Assembly (NCBI GenBank): GCA_965202805.1
Contig: OZ241869.1
Span: 3,584,001-3,648,000 of the forward strand
Direction: 5' to 3'
Source: Longimicrobiales bacterium
GTDB taxonomy: Bacteria > Gemmatimonadota > Gemmatimonadetes > Longimicrobiales > Gaopeijiaceae
DNA: 64,000 bases
Part shown: one piece after another, positions 18,634-27,298 of the stretch
Layout: each line of letters begins with the position of its first letter
Numbering within the stretch: position 1 is the first letter of the stretch
The notes under the pieces: model-generated
Seen by the model: only the letters and a program-made list of their open reading frames with translations
What the model was told of the DNA's origin: nothing
Databases searched by the model: none
Program-made: the position numbers and the translations under genes

Positions 18634-19650
18634 ATGAAAGCCGTCATCCCGCTTGCGGGCAAGGGAACGCGGTTACGCCCCCACACCCATCACCTGCCCA
18701 AGCCGCTGGTGCGCGTGGCCGGGAGACCGGTGCTGGCCCATCTGCTCGACGAACTGTTGCGCTTCGGGGTCACGGAGATGGTCTTCATCGTCGGCCATCT
18801 CGATGAAGTCATCCGGCGCTACATGGCGGAGGCGTATCCGGACCTGCCCGTCCACTACGTCGTCCAGGCCGTTCAGGACGGGACCGCGGGAGCGGTCAAG
18901 CTGGCGGAGCCGTTTGCGGACGGCGAGCTGCTGATCCTGTTCGCCGACACCCTGTTCGAAGCCGACCTGTCGCTGGCGCGAACGCTCTCCGGGGAATGGA
19001 GCGCGGTCATCTGGACGAAGGAGGTCGAAGACTACTGGAAGTACGGCGTCGTCGTAAGCGACCCGGATGGCGCCATGACGCGCATCGTGGAGAAGCCGAA
19101 GCAGCCCGTCTCCCGTCTCGCCAACATCGGCCTCTACTACATCCGCGACTCCGCCCTGCTCTTCGAGGGCATCGACCACGTGCTGGCTTCGGGTCCGGGC
19201 TCATCGGGGGAGTACTACCTGACGGACGCCTTCCAGTACATGGTGGACCGCGGCGCGCGCATCCGCACGGCCCCGGTGGACTCCTGGCACGACTGCGGCA
19301 GTCCCGAGGGGTTGCTGGGCACCAACCGCCGTCTGCTGGAGGGCGGGGGGGCGGCGGTGTCGCCCGGCGCGCGGCTGAGCGACTGCTCGCTCATCGAGCC
19401 GGTGCTGGTGGGTGAGGATGTGGTCGCCGAGGGGAGCATTCTCGGTCCCAACGTCACGCTGGAGCGGGGTGCGAGAGTGGTCGACAGCCGACTGGCGGAC
19501 ACCATCGTGGGCGCGGGGGCGCGCGTGGGGGGAGCGCGCCTGGACGGGTCGCTGGTCGGCGCTGGAGCGGTCGTGCGGGGTGTGGAGGGAAGGGTCAACG
19601 TCTCGGACCACTCCGTGGTCGAGGCGACGGGGGCGAGCGAAGTGCGCTGA
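18634..19650 (+). CDS. Sugar-phosphate nucleotidyltransferase (glucose-1-phosphate thymidylyltransferase-like)
   Basis: AVIPLAGKGTRLRPHT...PKPL, IVEKP, WHDCG, C-terminal hexapeptide-like repeats. Confidence 0.9.
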   Translation: MKAVIPLAGKGTRLRPHTHHLPKPLVRVAGRPVLAHLLDELLRFGVTEMVFIVGHLDEVIRRYMAEAYPDLPVHYVVQAVQDGTAGAVKLAEPFADGELLILFADTLFEADLSLARTLSGEWSAVIWTKEVEDYWKYGVVVSDPDGAMTRIVEKPKQPVSRLANIGLYYIRDSALLFEGIDHVLASGPGSSGEYYLTDAFQYMVDRGARIRTAPVDSWHDCGSPEGLLGTNRRLLEGGGAAVSPGARLSDCSLIEPVLVGEDVVAEGSILGPNVTLERGARVVDSRLADTIVGAGARVGGARLDGSLVGAGAVVRGVEGRVNVSDHSVVEATGASEVR

Positions 19651-19692
19651 CGCCCGGCAGATACCCTGCAGAGTGCCCCGTCGACGGTAACG

Positions 19693-20901
19693 CTACCGGT
19701 CCGGGCCGATCCTCCTCACCACCATCTTCCCGACGGGGTCCTGCGCCACCACCAGGTCGGCGGCTACGCCCGGACCGATCCGCGCGCTTCCGTCCGCGGC
19801 GCGATGCCCCTCGCCGGCGACGACGAACAGTCCGTCGGCTGCAATCACTTCATGGGCTTCCTCGTCCGCCAGGTCGCCCACCTCCACGATGGTCGGGCCC
19901 GACCGCGTCAGGGGGTCGTCGTACTCGATGAGCACGTCGGCCACCGTCGGCGGAAGGCCCGGCGCGATGAGCGTCCCCCCGGCGAGCAGGAGGTCGCTCA
20001 CCATGCGCCCGTTCGGAGGCAGGCCGTCGTAGAGGGCGAGGTCGACCTCCGCGTAGCTGCCGTCGGCGATCGCGGCGAGCGCCGAGAGGATGCCGACGAA
20101 GTTCGCCATGCGCAGATGCTGCTTCTGCGGATCGCCCGGCCATCCTCCGGATTCGATCAGGATCGTGCTCGCGCCCCATGCCCCCATGAGGTCGCCGAAG
20201 GCCCGCCGGTTGAAGGCGTCGTCGTAGCGCGTGACGTGGCCGCCGACCAGTGGCTCGACCGCCCTGCTCACCACCGCGCAAACGCGCATGGCCGCGCGCC
20301 GCCTCTCGCTGATCTCGCCGTCGTCACTGTGGGCCGGCGCCAGGAGCGCGATGGCCGCCATGCGGTCAGAGTCCCGGACGCGAAAACGCGGGCTCTGGTC
20401 GTGCAGGTTGAAGCCGAACTCGGGCCGTACCCGGTCGTGCACCGCCTTCAGCGCGCGCCCTTCGGGCGTGGCGAGGCGTCGGGCATCCCGGTTCACGTCG
20501 ATCCCGGCCGCGTTGTGGCGCTGAAACCGGGCTGCGCCGTCGGGGTTGAGCATGGGAACGAAATGCAGGCTCAGGCGGCGGGAAAGCGCCCGAACCAGAG
20601 CGTGCTCCGGGTGCCGGGCCAGAAACGAGAAGATGTCCGCCAGCGCCATGGTCGCGGTGCTTTCGTCCCCGTGCATCTGGGACCACGCCAGCACCCCCAC
20701 CTCACCCTCGCCGAACGACACCATGCGGAGCGGCCGTCCCTCGGCGCTCTCGCCCACTCTCTCGCACGCCAGCGCCGCGCTGCCGTCGAGGATGGGGTCG
20801 AGGACGTTCCAGTAGGCATCGGGACCGAAGCGTCGCCGGTCGAGCCCGCTCACGCGCGCGATGTCATGGAGTGCGCGCAGCTCCGTGGTGAGTTTCGGCA
20901 C
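19693..20901 (-). CDS. M14 family zinc carboxypeptidase
   Basis: WSQMHGDES, PMLNPDG, DVNRD, FNLHDQ, LIESGG; GTG start at 20901 inferred. Confidence 0.9.
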   Translation of the reverse strand: MPKLTTELRALHDIARVSGLDRRRFGPDAYWNVLDPILDGSAALACERVGESAEGRPLRMVSFGEGEVGVLAWSQMHGDESTATMALADIFSFLARHPEHALVRALSRRLSLHFVPMLNPDGAARFQRHNAAGIDVNRDARRLATPEGRALKAVHDRVRPEFGFNLHDQSPRFRVRDSDRMAAIALLAPAHSDDGEISERRRAAMRVCAVVSRAVEPLVGGHVTRYDDAFNRRAFGDLMGAWGASTILIESGGWPGDPQKQHLRMANFVGILSALAAIADGSYAEVDLALYDGLPPNGRMVSDLLLAGGTLIAPGLPPTVADVLIEYDDPLTRSGPTIVEVGDLADEEAHEVIAADGLFVVAGEGHRAADGSARIGPGVAADLVVAQDPVGKMVVRRIGPDR

Positions 20902-22040
20902 CGGCTGGGCTCTTCGAAATCGGTTCTCGATAGGGGATGCCGGGGCTGACCCGTAGGTTGTCGAACGGCAGGCGCTGAATAATGGCGGCATCTTCGCCGC
21001 GCTGTCCAGGCGCCGACGCGGGCCCGGCGCGTGCCCCGCTCTTGGTTCTCTCCGACCGCCCGACCCGAGCGTTGACCCGAGGTCCATTACCCCGGGGACT
21101 CGCTGACCGGCACCATTCGCGGCCCTGCCGCTGTCAGGATTCGGGGTGCTCAAACGTTGTAGGTGAGTGGAGAACGCACCTTGAACGCAAACGGGAGTGG
21201 GAGGATGACCGGGATGTTATGGACGACTGATTCGACAGGAAGGGTCTCAAGGACCATCAGCCCCGTGGGCGGCTGATGATCGCGGTGCTCGCCTCCGAGA
21301 GCGCGTGGGCGGAGATACAGGCGGTTGCCGGTGACCGCCGGTGTATCCTGGCGGGGGATCAGGACGAGCTCTTGCGGCTAGCCGGTGACGCCGACGCAGT
21401 CGTAATCGAAGCCGAGAATCTCCTGCCAGTTCTTTCCGCCGTTCGACACATCAATCGGGCACATCCGCTCCTGCCCGTCATTCTCATCACCGGCCAGGAC
21501 TCAGCCGACTTTCGGCACCTCGCCTCAGTCTCCGTCGAGGCCGTTCTCCTTCGGCACCAGATCGCCGCACGTCTCCCAGTCGCGCTGAGGAGCTCGGCCG
21601 GAATCGTCTTCCGGCTTCGAGCGCTCGGAGAGGGATGCATGAGGAATGAGTCGATCCCGTCACCACTTCGTCGCTTGCTGAATTGTGCCCTGACCAGCGT
21701 GCCGCCACCCCTTACGGTCCAGCACTTGGCTCGTCTCCTGCATTCCGATCCATCCACGATCCGTCGGCACTGGCGTCGCGGTGTCAATTCTCACGGGATC
21801 CAGCGGGTCAAGGACCTGTTGGATTGGATCACTCTACTGCACGCGCTCTCGGCGCAGCACCCGAACCTAAGCTGGCGGTGTGTGGCCAGGAGCATCGGTA
21901 CACACGAGAGGACGCTGAGACGCCTAGCCAACCGTTGCGCTGGCGGCACGCTCGGTTCTCTCGGCGCCAACGGTGTCGAACAGCTGCTTGAGTGCTTCGC
22001 GACGGCCCTTGCGGACTCATTCTGCACGAAATTGCGCTGA
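20468..22040. repeat. ~1.6 kb direct repeat, copy 1 (M14 5' half + intergenic region + regulator)
   Basis: Aligns by eye with 26865-28443 at an offset of ~6400. Confidence 0.92.
21276..22040 (+). CDS. Transcriptional regulator: degenerate receiver-like domain plus two HTH motifs (AraC-like), copy 1
   Basis: DAVVIE...HPLLPVILIT receiver-like fold lacking canonical phospho-Asp; TVQHLARLLHSDPSTIRRHW and SWRCVARSIGTHERTLRRL HTHs. Confidence 0.7.
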   Translation: MIAVLASESAWAEIQAVAGDRRCILAGDQDELLRLAGDADAVVIEAENLLPVLSAVRHINRAHPLLPVILITGQDSADFRHLASVSVEAVLLRHQIAARLPVALRSSAGIVFRLRALGEGCMRNESIPSPLRRLLNCALTSVPPPLTVQHLARLLHSDPSTIRRHWRRGVNSHGIQRVKDLLDWITLLHALSAQHPNLSWRCVARSIGTHERTLRRLANRCAGGTLGSLGANGVEQLLECFATALADSFCTKLR

Positions 22041-22314
22041 GGTGTCGCGCCTTGGTTACTTGCTGCCCGGTGCAACGGGCCCGACCGCGCGCTCTACGTC
22101 GCTCGGCCATGGTCCCCACAGTCACGGTCCTTCTCTCTCGCTGGCTTAGGTGCCTCGTCGGATCCGGTGGGCAGGTCAAGGACCGGATGATTTCCTTTTT
22201 GGCGGCCTTACGGGTGCGGTGGGTCGGGGACATTCTTTGGTTGGCCGACCTCAAACGGATCCAGCGTATCGTCACGGACGAGCGTGTTCAGGACCAGGTC
22301 ATCCAGGGCCGCTC

Positions 22315-22584
22315 ATAGGCCAGGCGGTCCGGCAACCGCCTGAGCCCCCGCGGATCGTGCGACAACCGCTTCACCAGCGTCGACTCCCGCACGCCCTCCG
22401 GAAGCACCGCCATCATCACGCTGTCCTTGTGGACATCCATCCCGACGTACACCTTGGCCCTGTTCTTCATGGGGCCGGTCTCCTGTTCCGGTTGCGACCT
22501 CAAGCGTCGCATGTGGCTTTGGCACCTCCGCTCACCGCAGGCGCTAACCCACGGTAAGTCGGCAGGCCGGCCCTTTCCATGTTT
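22315..22584 (-). mobile_element. IS110-family remnant (non-coding end plus transposase N-terminus)
   Basis: ATG 22470: MKNRAKVYVGMDVHKDSVMMAVL, the GxDxxK start of the IS110 DEDD domain; homology ends after ~50 aa; ~110 bp structured upstream end abuts CTAG at 22585. Confidence 0.8.
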
Positions 22585-23934
22585 CTAGTCGGGCGAAGGC
22601 CACTCGACCTCGAATCTTGCTATGTACTGGACGTCAAACTCGTCCCTGACCACGGCCCAGATTGTATCACCCCTGAAGTAGGGATCGGTTCTCCCAGGGT
22701 AGGGGTTTGCGTCCCAGGTCTCAGGTGTATTGACGTGACCGATCCAGCGACCGTGTGTGTCAAAAACATCGAAGCCGTCCGTTGGATTCCAGTAGGTCCA
22801 GAACCGCCGCGACAGTATGCGCTCACCCCCGGGCTGCTGCCGCAGATAACGCTGTTCCTCGTCGGTCCAAGGGCGGCTCCAGCCCGGAACTCCTGGCCAG
22901 GCCCACAATCGGCCCTCGTCGGTGATCCAGAGTCGAAGGAACGCGGGACGCCCCCGCGGAAGGATCGTAGTCGGAGGAATCGGTCTGGATTGGCCTGCGC
23001 GTCCAAGCTGCGCGAGAGTTTCGTTATCACTGCGCCGACCTAGGTTCTGAATCCGGAACCCGTCAGACCAATACTCATGCTCGTCCTCCGTTCTCATCGG
23101 CGGCTCCCACGCTCTCGCGAGCCGGGTCATTCCGGCATCCGGCCGGATGAGGTTGATCGCGTAGCTGGCAGAGCACCCGAAGGCCAATGCGCCCGGTCGA
23201 TTCCGCGACCATTGCGCGAAGGGCATGTGGGGGAGCCGGTTATCCTCCATGAACCCTCCGGAGTATTGCGGAAGTCGCCGCTCGCAACCGTCCCAGGCTC
23301 GAGTTGGCAGAAACACAGTGTCCGTCACCTCTTCGTGGCCGATCAGCCTGCCGAACAATGGTCTCTGCAGAGTGCCCGCGGAGCCGCTCCGCGGGGGGTT
23401 GAGCGCGATCCAGAGTTGACCGTCATCGTCCCATCGGATGGCGTCCCGTCCGTATCCGGGTCTTCCTGCCGACGGACTCAGTCTGATCTCCCGGACTAGG
23501 GTGCCATCGGGCGAAAAGGCATTGACGCGCCGATTGCCCAAGTCCAGCACGGCCAGCAGTCCGTCGGCGGAGAGGTCCATGCCGATCACGGACCTCACCT
23601 CGCCGGGTCCTTGGCCCCGGCGAGCGATCGTCCTGACGTATGTGCCGTTCGCATCGAAGTGTCGAAGATTACCACGATCGGCGACAAAGACACTTCCGTC
23701 CGGGCCGACAGTAAACATCGGCGCCCCGCTTATCAGGTACTCAGGCGGACCCTCCACCATGCCAATTCGCGATACCTCACGAAGGGACGCCGTGCCTCGA
23801 AGGGGCGAGGACGAGAATACGAACGTGGTGTCACCCAGCTGGCGCGACCAGCCCAGCGGTGACGAGCTCGGGGTTCCGGCGTCACATCCGACTGCCACAA
23901 GCGTCGTGAGAACCATTGCCGATGCGCGACTCAT
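22585..23934 (-). CDS. 6-bladed beta-propeller lipoprotein
   Basis: Lipobox VAVGC; IGMVEGPPEY, IARRGQGPGEV, DVFD..GRWIG, D..DVQYI motifs; GGAGGAG RBS. Confidence 0.85.
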   Translation of the reverse strand: MSRASAMVLTTLVAVGCDAGTPSSSPLGWSRQLGDTTFVFSSSPLRGTASLREVSRIGMVEGPPEYLISGAPMFTVGPDGSVFVADRGNLRHFDANGTYVRTIARRGQGPGEVRSVIGMDLSADGLLAVLDLGNRRVNAFSPDGTLVREIRLSPSAGRPGYGRDAIRWDDDGQLWIALNPPRSGSAGTLQRPLFGRLIGHEEVTDTVFLPTRAWDGCERRLPQYSGGFMEDNRLPHMPFAQWSRNRPGALAFGCSASYAINLIRPDAGMTRLARAWEPPMRTEDEHEYWSDGFRIQNLGRRSDNETLAQLGRAGQSRPIPPTTILPRGRPAFLRLWITDEGRLWAWPGVPGWSRPWTDEEQRYLRQQPGGERILSRRFWTYWNPTDGFDVFDTHGRWIGHVNTPETWDANPYPGRTDPYFRGDTIWAVVRDEFDVQYIARFEVEWPSPD

Positions 23935-23969
23935 AGCTCCTCCTGCATTTGTCCAGGGACTCCTTTAGC

Positions 23970-23999
23970 ACGATGCGAAGCGGCAGAGCGGCTTGTCAA
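23970..23999 (-). promoter_or_regulatory. Putative sigma70 promoter for the 23934 gene
   Basis: Perfect TTGACA (23999-23994) then CATCGT 18 bp downstream on the minus strand. Confidence 0.4.
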
Positions 24000-24062
24000 A
24001 CCGAGACGCGTCGCAAGGAGAAAGATCCGGGCACATTGCTAGCCGGAGCGCAGCAGACCCCT

Positions 24063-25253
24063 TCAAGAAACCGGCAATGCCGCACTGTGACAACTGGATT
24101 GCTCCGCGGCATCACGGGAAAACGGACTCTTATACGCGAACACAACGGTGTCCCGTTCACCGGGCAGCACGACAGATGCGAAGAGATGGTCGAGTGTGGC
24201 AGCCAGCGCGCGAATCTGGGCAACACCTAGATCGAACGCACGGTATGCCGTCCCATCCGAAGCCATGGTTCCGAGGATCGGTGTCCGGTCCTCCCGAAAC
24301 TGTTCAACAAAGAAGTTGCCCTCCGGGTCCATCGTAAAGCTGTCCGCGTGCCGTGCCGCCGCAACCGCCGTCTCTCCTGCAATACCGTCTCGCAAGACGA
24401 TGCTCGGAGGATCCATCTCGAAGAAGAGCGGCAACGCGTGGGAGGCAACTGCCGACGACTCGGCCTCCGAGAGATCGTACGCGAAGAGGCGCCCATCGAC
24501 GCGTCGCAGCGTCCACAAAGTCTTGCCCCGAACGAGAAAGTCACCTAGGCTGAGGGCCCCCACATACTCGGGTCCTCCAGACCTGACTACCTCACCCAGG
24601 TAGCGCTTGAGCCGCCCGTCGCTTCCCCACACTCGTACGATGCCTGGATAGTCGGCTAGGGTCCCCCTCCACAGTGGTTGCTCGATCAACGCGCCACTCG
24701 AGTCGAGGGCAATGCGATTCGCGGCAATCAGGTTGCTCCCCTCACGTTGGATAGGGATCTCCATCATCGAGAGCAGGCGGCCTTCGGTGTCGACGCGAAC
24801 CACCCTACCTTGGCCTCGATCGCTCACGGCGACGATATCTGGGGTCACGGCCTCCAAGTCGCTCAGATCCGTAACGAGCGGTGTCTCACGACCGCCCAGA
24901 AAAACGCTCTGTGCGTACGCCGCACGGGAACCGCGGAACCAGTGAATTGCGATGTCCGAGGCGTCCCCAATCACGACCGTGCAAGCCGGAACGCCGAACA
25001 CCGCCAGAGCAACCGCACTCCGCATCCGGAAGGCCTCGTGCCCGGGTAGCTTCAGCTGAAAGATAGGCTCAAGATCTTCTACATCCGCAGCCGACATCGG
25101 CGTTCGGTTTCGATCGATCTCGGCAAGGACATCCTCACTCAACTGTGCGACTACGGATGGCGGAAGCTGGTCCGCACATCCTCCGACAGATGCTAGCGCC
25201 AATAGTATTGCGGTCCGTGCCGAGAGTCCATCTAGGAAGCAAGGCTTCTTCAT
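24063..25253 (-). CDS. Beta-propeller-like lipoprotein
   Basis: Lipobox VGGC; NHL-like blades (IVAVSDRGQGRVVRVDTEGRL, IALDSSG, FTMDPEGNFFV). Confidence 0.72.
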   Translation of the reverse strand: MKKPCFLDGLSARTAILLALASVGGCADQLPPSVVAQLSEDVLAEIDRNRTPMSAADVEDLEPIFQLKLPGHEAFRMRSAVALAVFGVPACTVVIGDASDIAIHWFRGSRAAYAQSVFLGGRETPLVTDLSDLEAVTPDIVAVSDRGQGRVVRVDTEGRLLSMMEIPIQREGSNLIAANRIALDSSGALIEQPLWRGTLADYPGIVRVWGSDGRLKRYLGEVVRSGGPEYVGALSLGDFLVRGKTLWTLRRVDGRLFAYDLSEAESSAVASHALPLFFEMDPPSIVLRDGIAGETAVAAARHADSFTMDPEGNFFVEQFREDRTPILGTMASDGTAYRAFDLGVAQIRALAATLDHLFASVVLPGERDTVVFAYKSPFSRDAAEQSSCHSAALPVS

Positions 25254-25888
25254 GTTCCGGTTGGGTTAACGGACGTAACCGCGCCCACCACCGACAGCGC
25301 GGGGTCAGCAGCAATCGTACAGTCATCAAGAAACGCGGACGCAGGCAACAGCCTACGTTCACTGCCTGCGTCAACCACAACGCCGCGACGGTCCATCACG
25401 AGATGAAGAGGTGAATGAGATAAGCCGGCGCTGCCGATGAAATCGACTTTGTCACGAACGTAGAAGGTCGGAGACGGGAAGGCCGGATCGAAGAGGTCAT
25501 CCCGTCCCGTAACCTCCTCCGCGGCAACCCAGAAAGCCTGCCATCCGTCCGGCATGCTGTCACCGGCCGGATCGTTGAGGGCAGTGGACATCCAGCGATA
25601 CGCTGCCGTCCTGGCGTAGGGGCAGGTGCGAGTCCCGATGACTATATAGCGGCACTTGCCGGCCCCAACATCGCTCAGACTCTGAACCGTCCCGTTCTCG
25701 TCCGATACAACCAGCGCGTCCACAGGTCGACCCACCGCAGGCGTTGCGGTTGACATTGCCTCCTGTATCTGCCGTGCCTCTCGGCCTTCCGCCCATGCCT
25801 CTACACCGTAACTTGCGATGCCGGCGACGAGAAGTACCGCAATGGCATCCAATATTCGCGCCTTTGACAACCTACTGATCTGTGTCAT
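25250..25888 (-). CDS. Membrane-anchored redoxin/thioredoxin-like protein with degenerate active site
   Basis: N-terminal TM; G..V...V.DENG....L; TCPYA in place of CxxC; SP.HLVMDRRGVV cis-Pro-like loop; ATGA overlap with next gene. Confidence 0.6.
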   Translation of the reverse strand: MTQISRLSKARILDAIAVLLVAGIASYGVEAWAEGREARQIQEAMSTATPAVGRPVDALVVSDENGTVQSLSDVGAGKCRYIVIGTRTCPYARTAAYRWMSTALNDPAGDSMPDGWQAFWVAAEEVTGRDDLFDPAFPSPTFYVRDKVDFIGSAGLSHSPLHLVMDRRGVVVDAGSERRLLPASAFLDDCTIAADPALSVVGAVTSVNPTGT

Positions 25889-26118
25889 GAATGATGGTCC
25901 CCCATTCAGGGTCGCACTCGTTTGTGTTGATTGACGGACGACACTGGACCCTCGACACCGCCGCCCTTGGGCAAGACATCAAGTCCGTGCCGAGGCGATG
26001 TGTACGACAGCCGACCTTTGACCGGCAGCACCGCCCGACTTCTTGAAGCCCTAGGAACTCCCCCGCGGGCCATTTGAGGGACGCTAGCGTTCTAGACGAC
26101 TACACGAACGCAGGCGCC

Positions 26119-26331
26119 TCATTCGTCGCAATCGGCATCATTCCCGTCCTCGCAGCACGCATACGACATCGCGGTGCAGGCGAGACCCGTACAATACCAG
26201 CCGCTGCTCGAAATCCCGCATGAGTACACGGGGGGGATTGCTGCGGTCGCTAGCCTTGGTACCCAAAGCGCGAGATTCCCGGCGAGGAGCGCCAGGACGA
26301 CAGGAAGCCGAAGCAGTAGTGCGCGAGACAT
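26119..26331 (-). CDS. Small secreted cysteine-rich peptide (70 aa)
   Basis: GGAGG RBS then MSRALLLRLPVVLALLAGNLALWVPRLATA|AIPPVYSCGISSSGWYCTGLACTAMSYACCEDGNDADCDE; signal peptide plus 6-Cys core. Confidence 0.8.
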   Translation of the reverse strand: MSRALLLRLPVVLALLAGNLALWVPRLATAAIPPVYSCGISSSGWYCTGLACTAMSYACCEDGNDADCDE

Positions 26332-26448
26332 GATCCCTCCTTGGAGTGAACGCAGTAGTTTGTGTGAAGGCGGACGCCCAGTACATCCAGCAGGAGTTCC
26401 CGCCACCAGTACCTGTAAATCTATCTGAGCGAGCCGCGAGGATACAGT

Positions 26449-26482
26449 GACAATTTCGCGCATTTTAGGACAAATCCGCGCA
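26449..26482 (-). promoter_or_regulatory. Direct-repeat operator candidate upstream of the peptide gene
   Basis: GACAATTTCGCGCA and GACAAATCCGCGCA at 20-bp period; related motif at 34420-34446. Confidence 0.5.
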
Positions 26483-26529
26483 CAATGAGTTCCGAAGAGA
26501 CTCAACGAAGCACTCGAGTAGTCGCTCGG

Positions 26530-26863
26530 CACCGGCGGTGCAGCGCCGCCTCCAGCCGCGCGTCGTCCAGGTCGTCCGGCAGCGGCCAGGACACTCCCGC
26601 CTTCCGCGCCTGCCGGACATAGCTGCCGACCGTGCTGTGGGAGATCCGGAGGATGGCCCCGATCTCCCGGTGGCTCCGGCCGAGTCCGTACTTCAGCCGG
26701 AGAACATCTCGAATCTTGCACATGGACAACTTCTTCCGGGCCACCGTCTTCCTCCTCGCTCAAGGATCTCTCGCGAGGTTGGAAGAGACGAGTGGACGAA
26801 ATGAATCGGAATCAGTGGACAGCTTCCGTCGGAATGGATGGACGAAATGCGTCGGAATCAGCA
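26530..26863 (-). mobile_element. IS21-family (IS408-like) remnant: left end plus truncated istA
   Basis: MARKKLSMCKIRDVLRLK...SHREI...STV..Y...AGVSWPLPDDLDD..LEAAL (26744 downward); end begins TGCTGATTCCG at 26863 with three ~21-bp TGGAC..CGGAAT subterminal repeats (26791-26860). Confidence 0.88.
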
Positions 26864-27298
26864 GGTGGCGAGGCGTCGGGCATCGCGGTTCACGTCGATC
26901 CCGGCCGCATTATGGCGCTGAAAGCGGGCCGCGCCGTCGGGGTTGAGCAAGGGAACGATATGCAGGCTCAGGCGGCGGGACAGCGCCCGGACCAGGCCGT
27001 GCTCCGGGTGCCGGGCCAGAAACGCGAAGAGTCCGCCAGCGCCATGGTCGCCGTGTTCTCGTCCCCGTGCATCTGGGACCAGGCGAGCACTCCCACATCA
27101 CCCTCGCCGACCGACACCATGCGGAGCGGCCGTCCCTTGGCGCTCTCTCCCACTCTCTCGCACGCCAGCGCGGCGCTGCCGCTCAGGGATGGGGTCGAGG
27201 GCGTTCGAGTAGGCCCCTGGCCCGAAGCGTCGTTAGTCGAGCCTTCTCACGCGCGCGACGTCATGGAGTGCGCTCAGCTCCGTGGTGAGTTTCGGCAC
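26864..27298 (-). pseudogene. Truncated, frameshifted second copy of the M14 carboxypeptidase
   Basis: Homologous to 20468-20901 (WSQMHGDENTATMALAD); indels relative to copy 1; cut at the IS21 end. Confidence 0.88.

Noticed and set aside
22041..22318. Short ORFs between the regulator and the IS110 remnant
   Set aside because: No RBS, motif or family I can recognise; may be debris from another element
22585..26331. Classical RiPP cluster (lanthipeptide, ranthipeptide, bufferin)
   Set aside because: No LanM/B/C, radical SAM, YcaO or DUF692 enzyme nearby, and the leader is Sec-type rather than double-glycine
26119..26763. 214-aa ORF as a single gene
   Set aside because: 5' portion is off-frame IS21 and intergenic sequence; only 26119-26331 has an RBS and a coherent protein
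26791..26860. Short ~21-bp repeats as CRISPR or iterons
   Set aside because: Explained as IS21-family subterminal transposase-binding repeats next to istA
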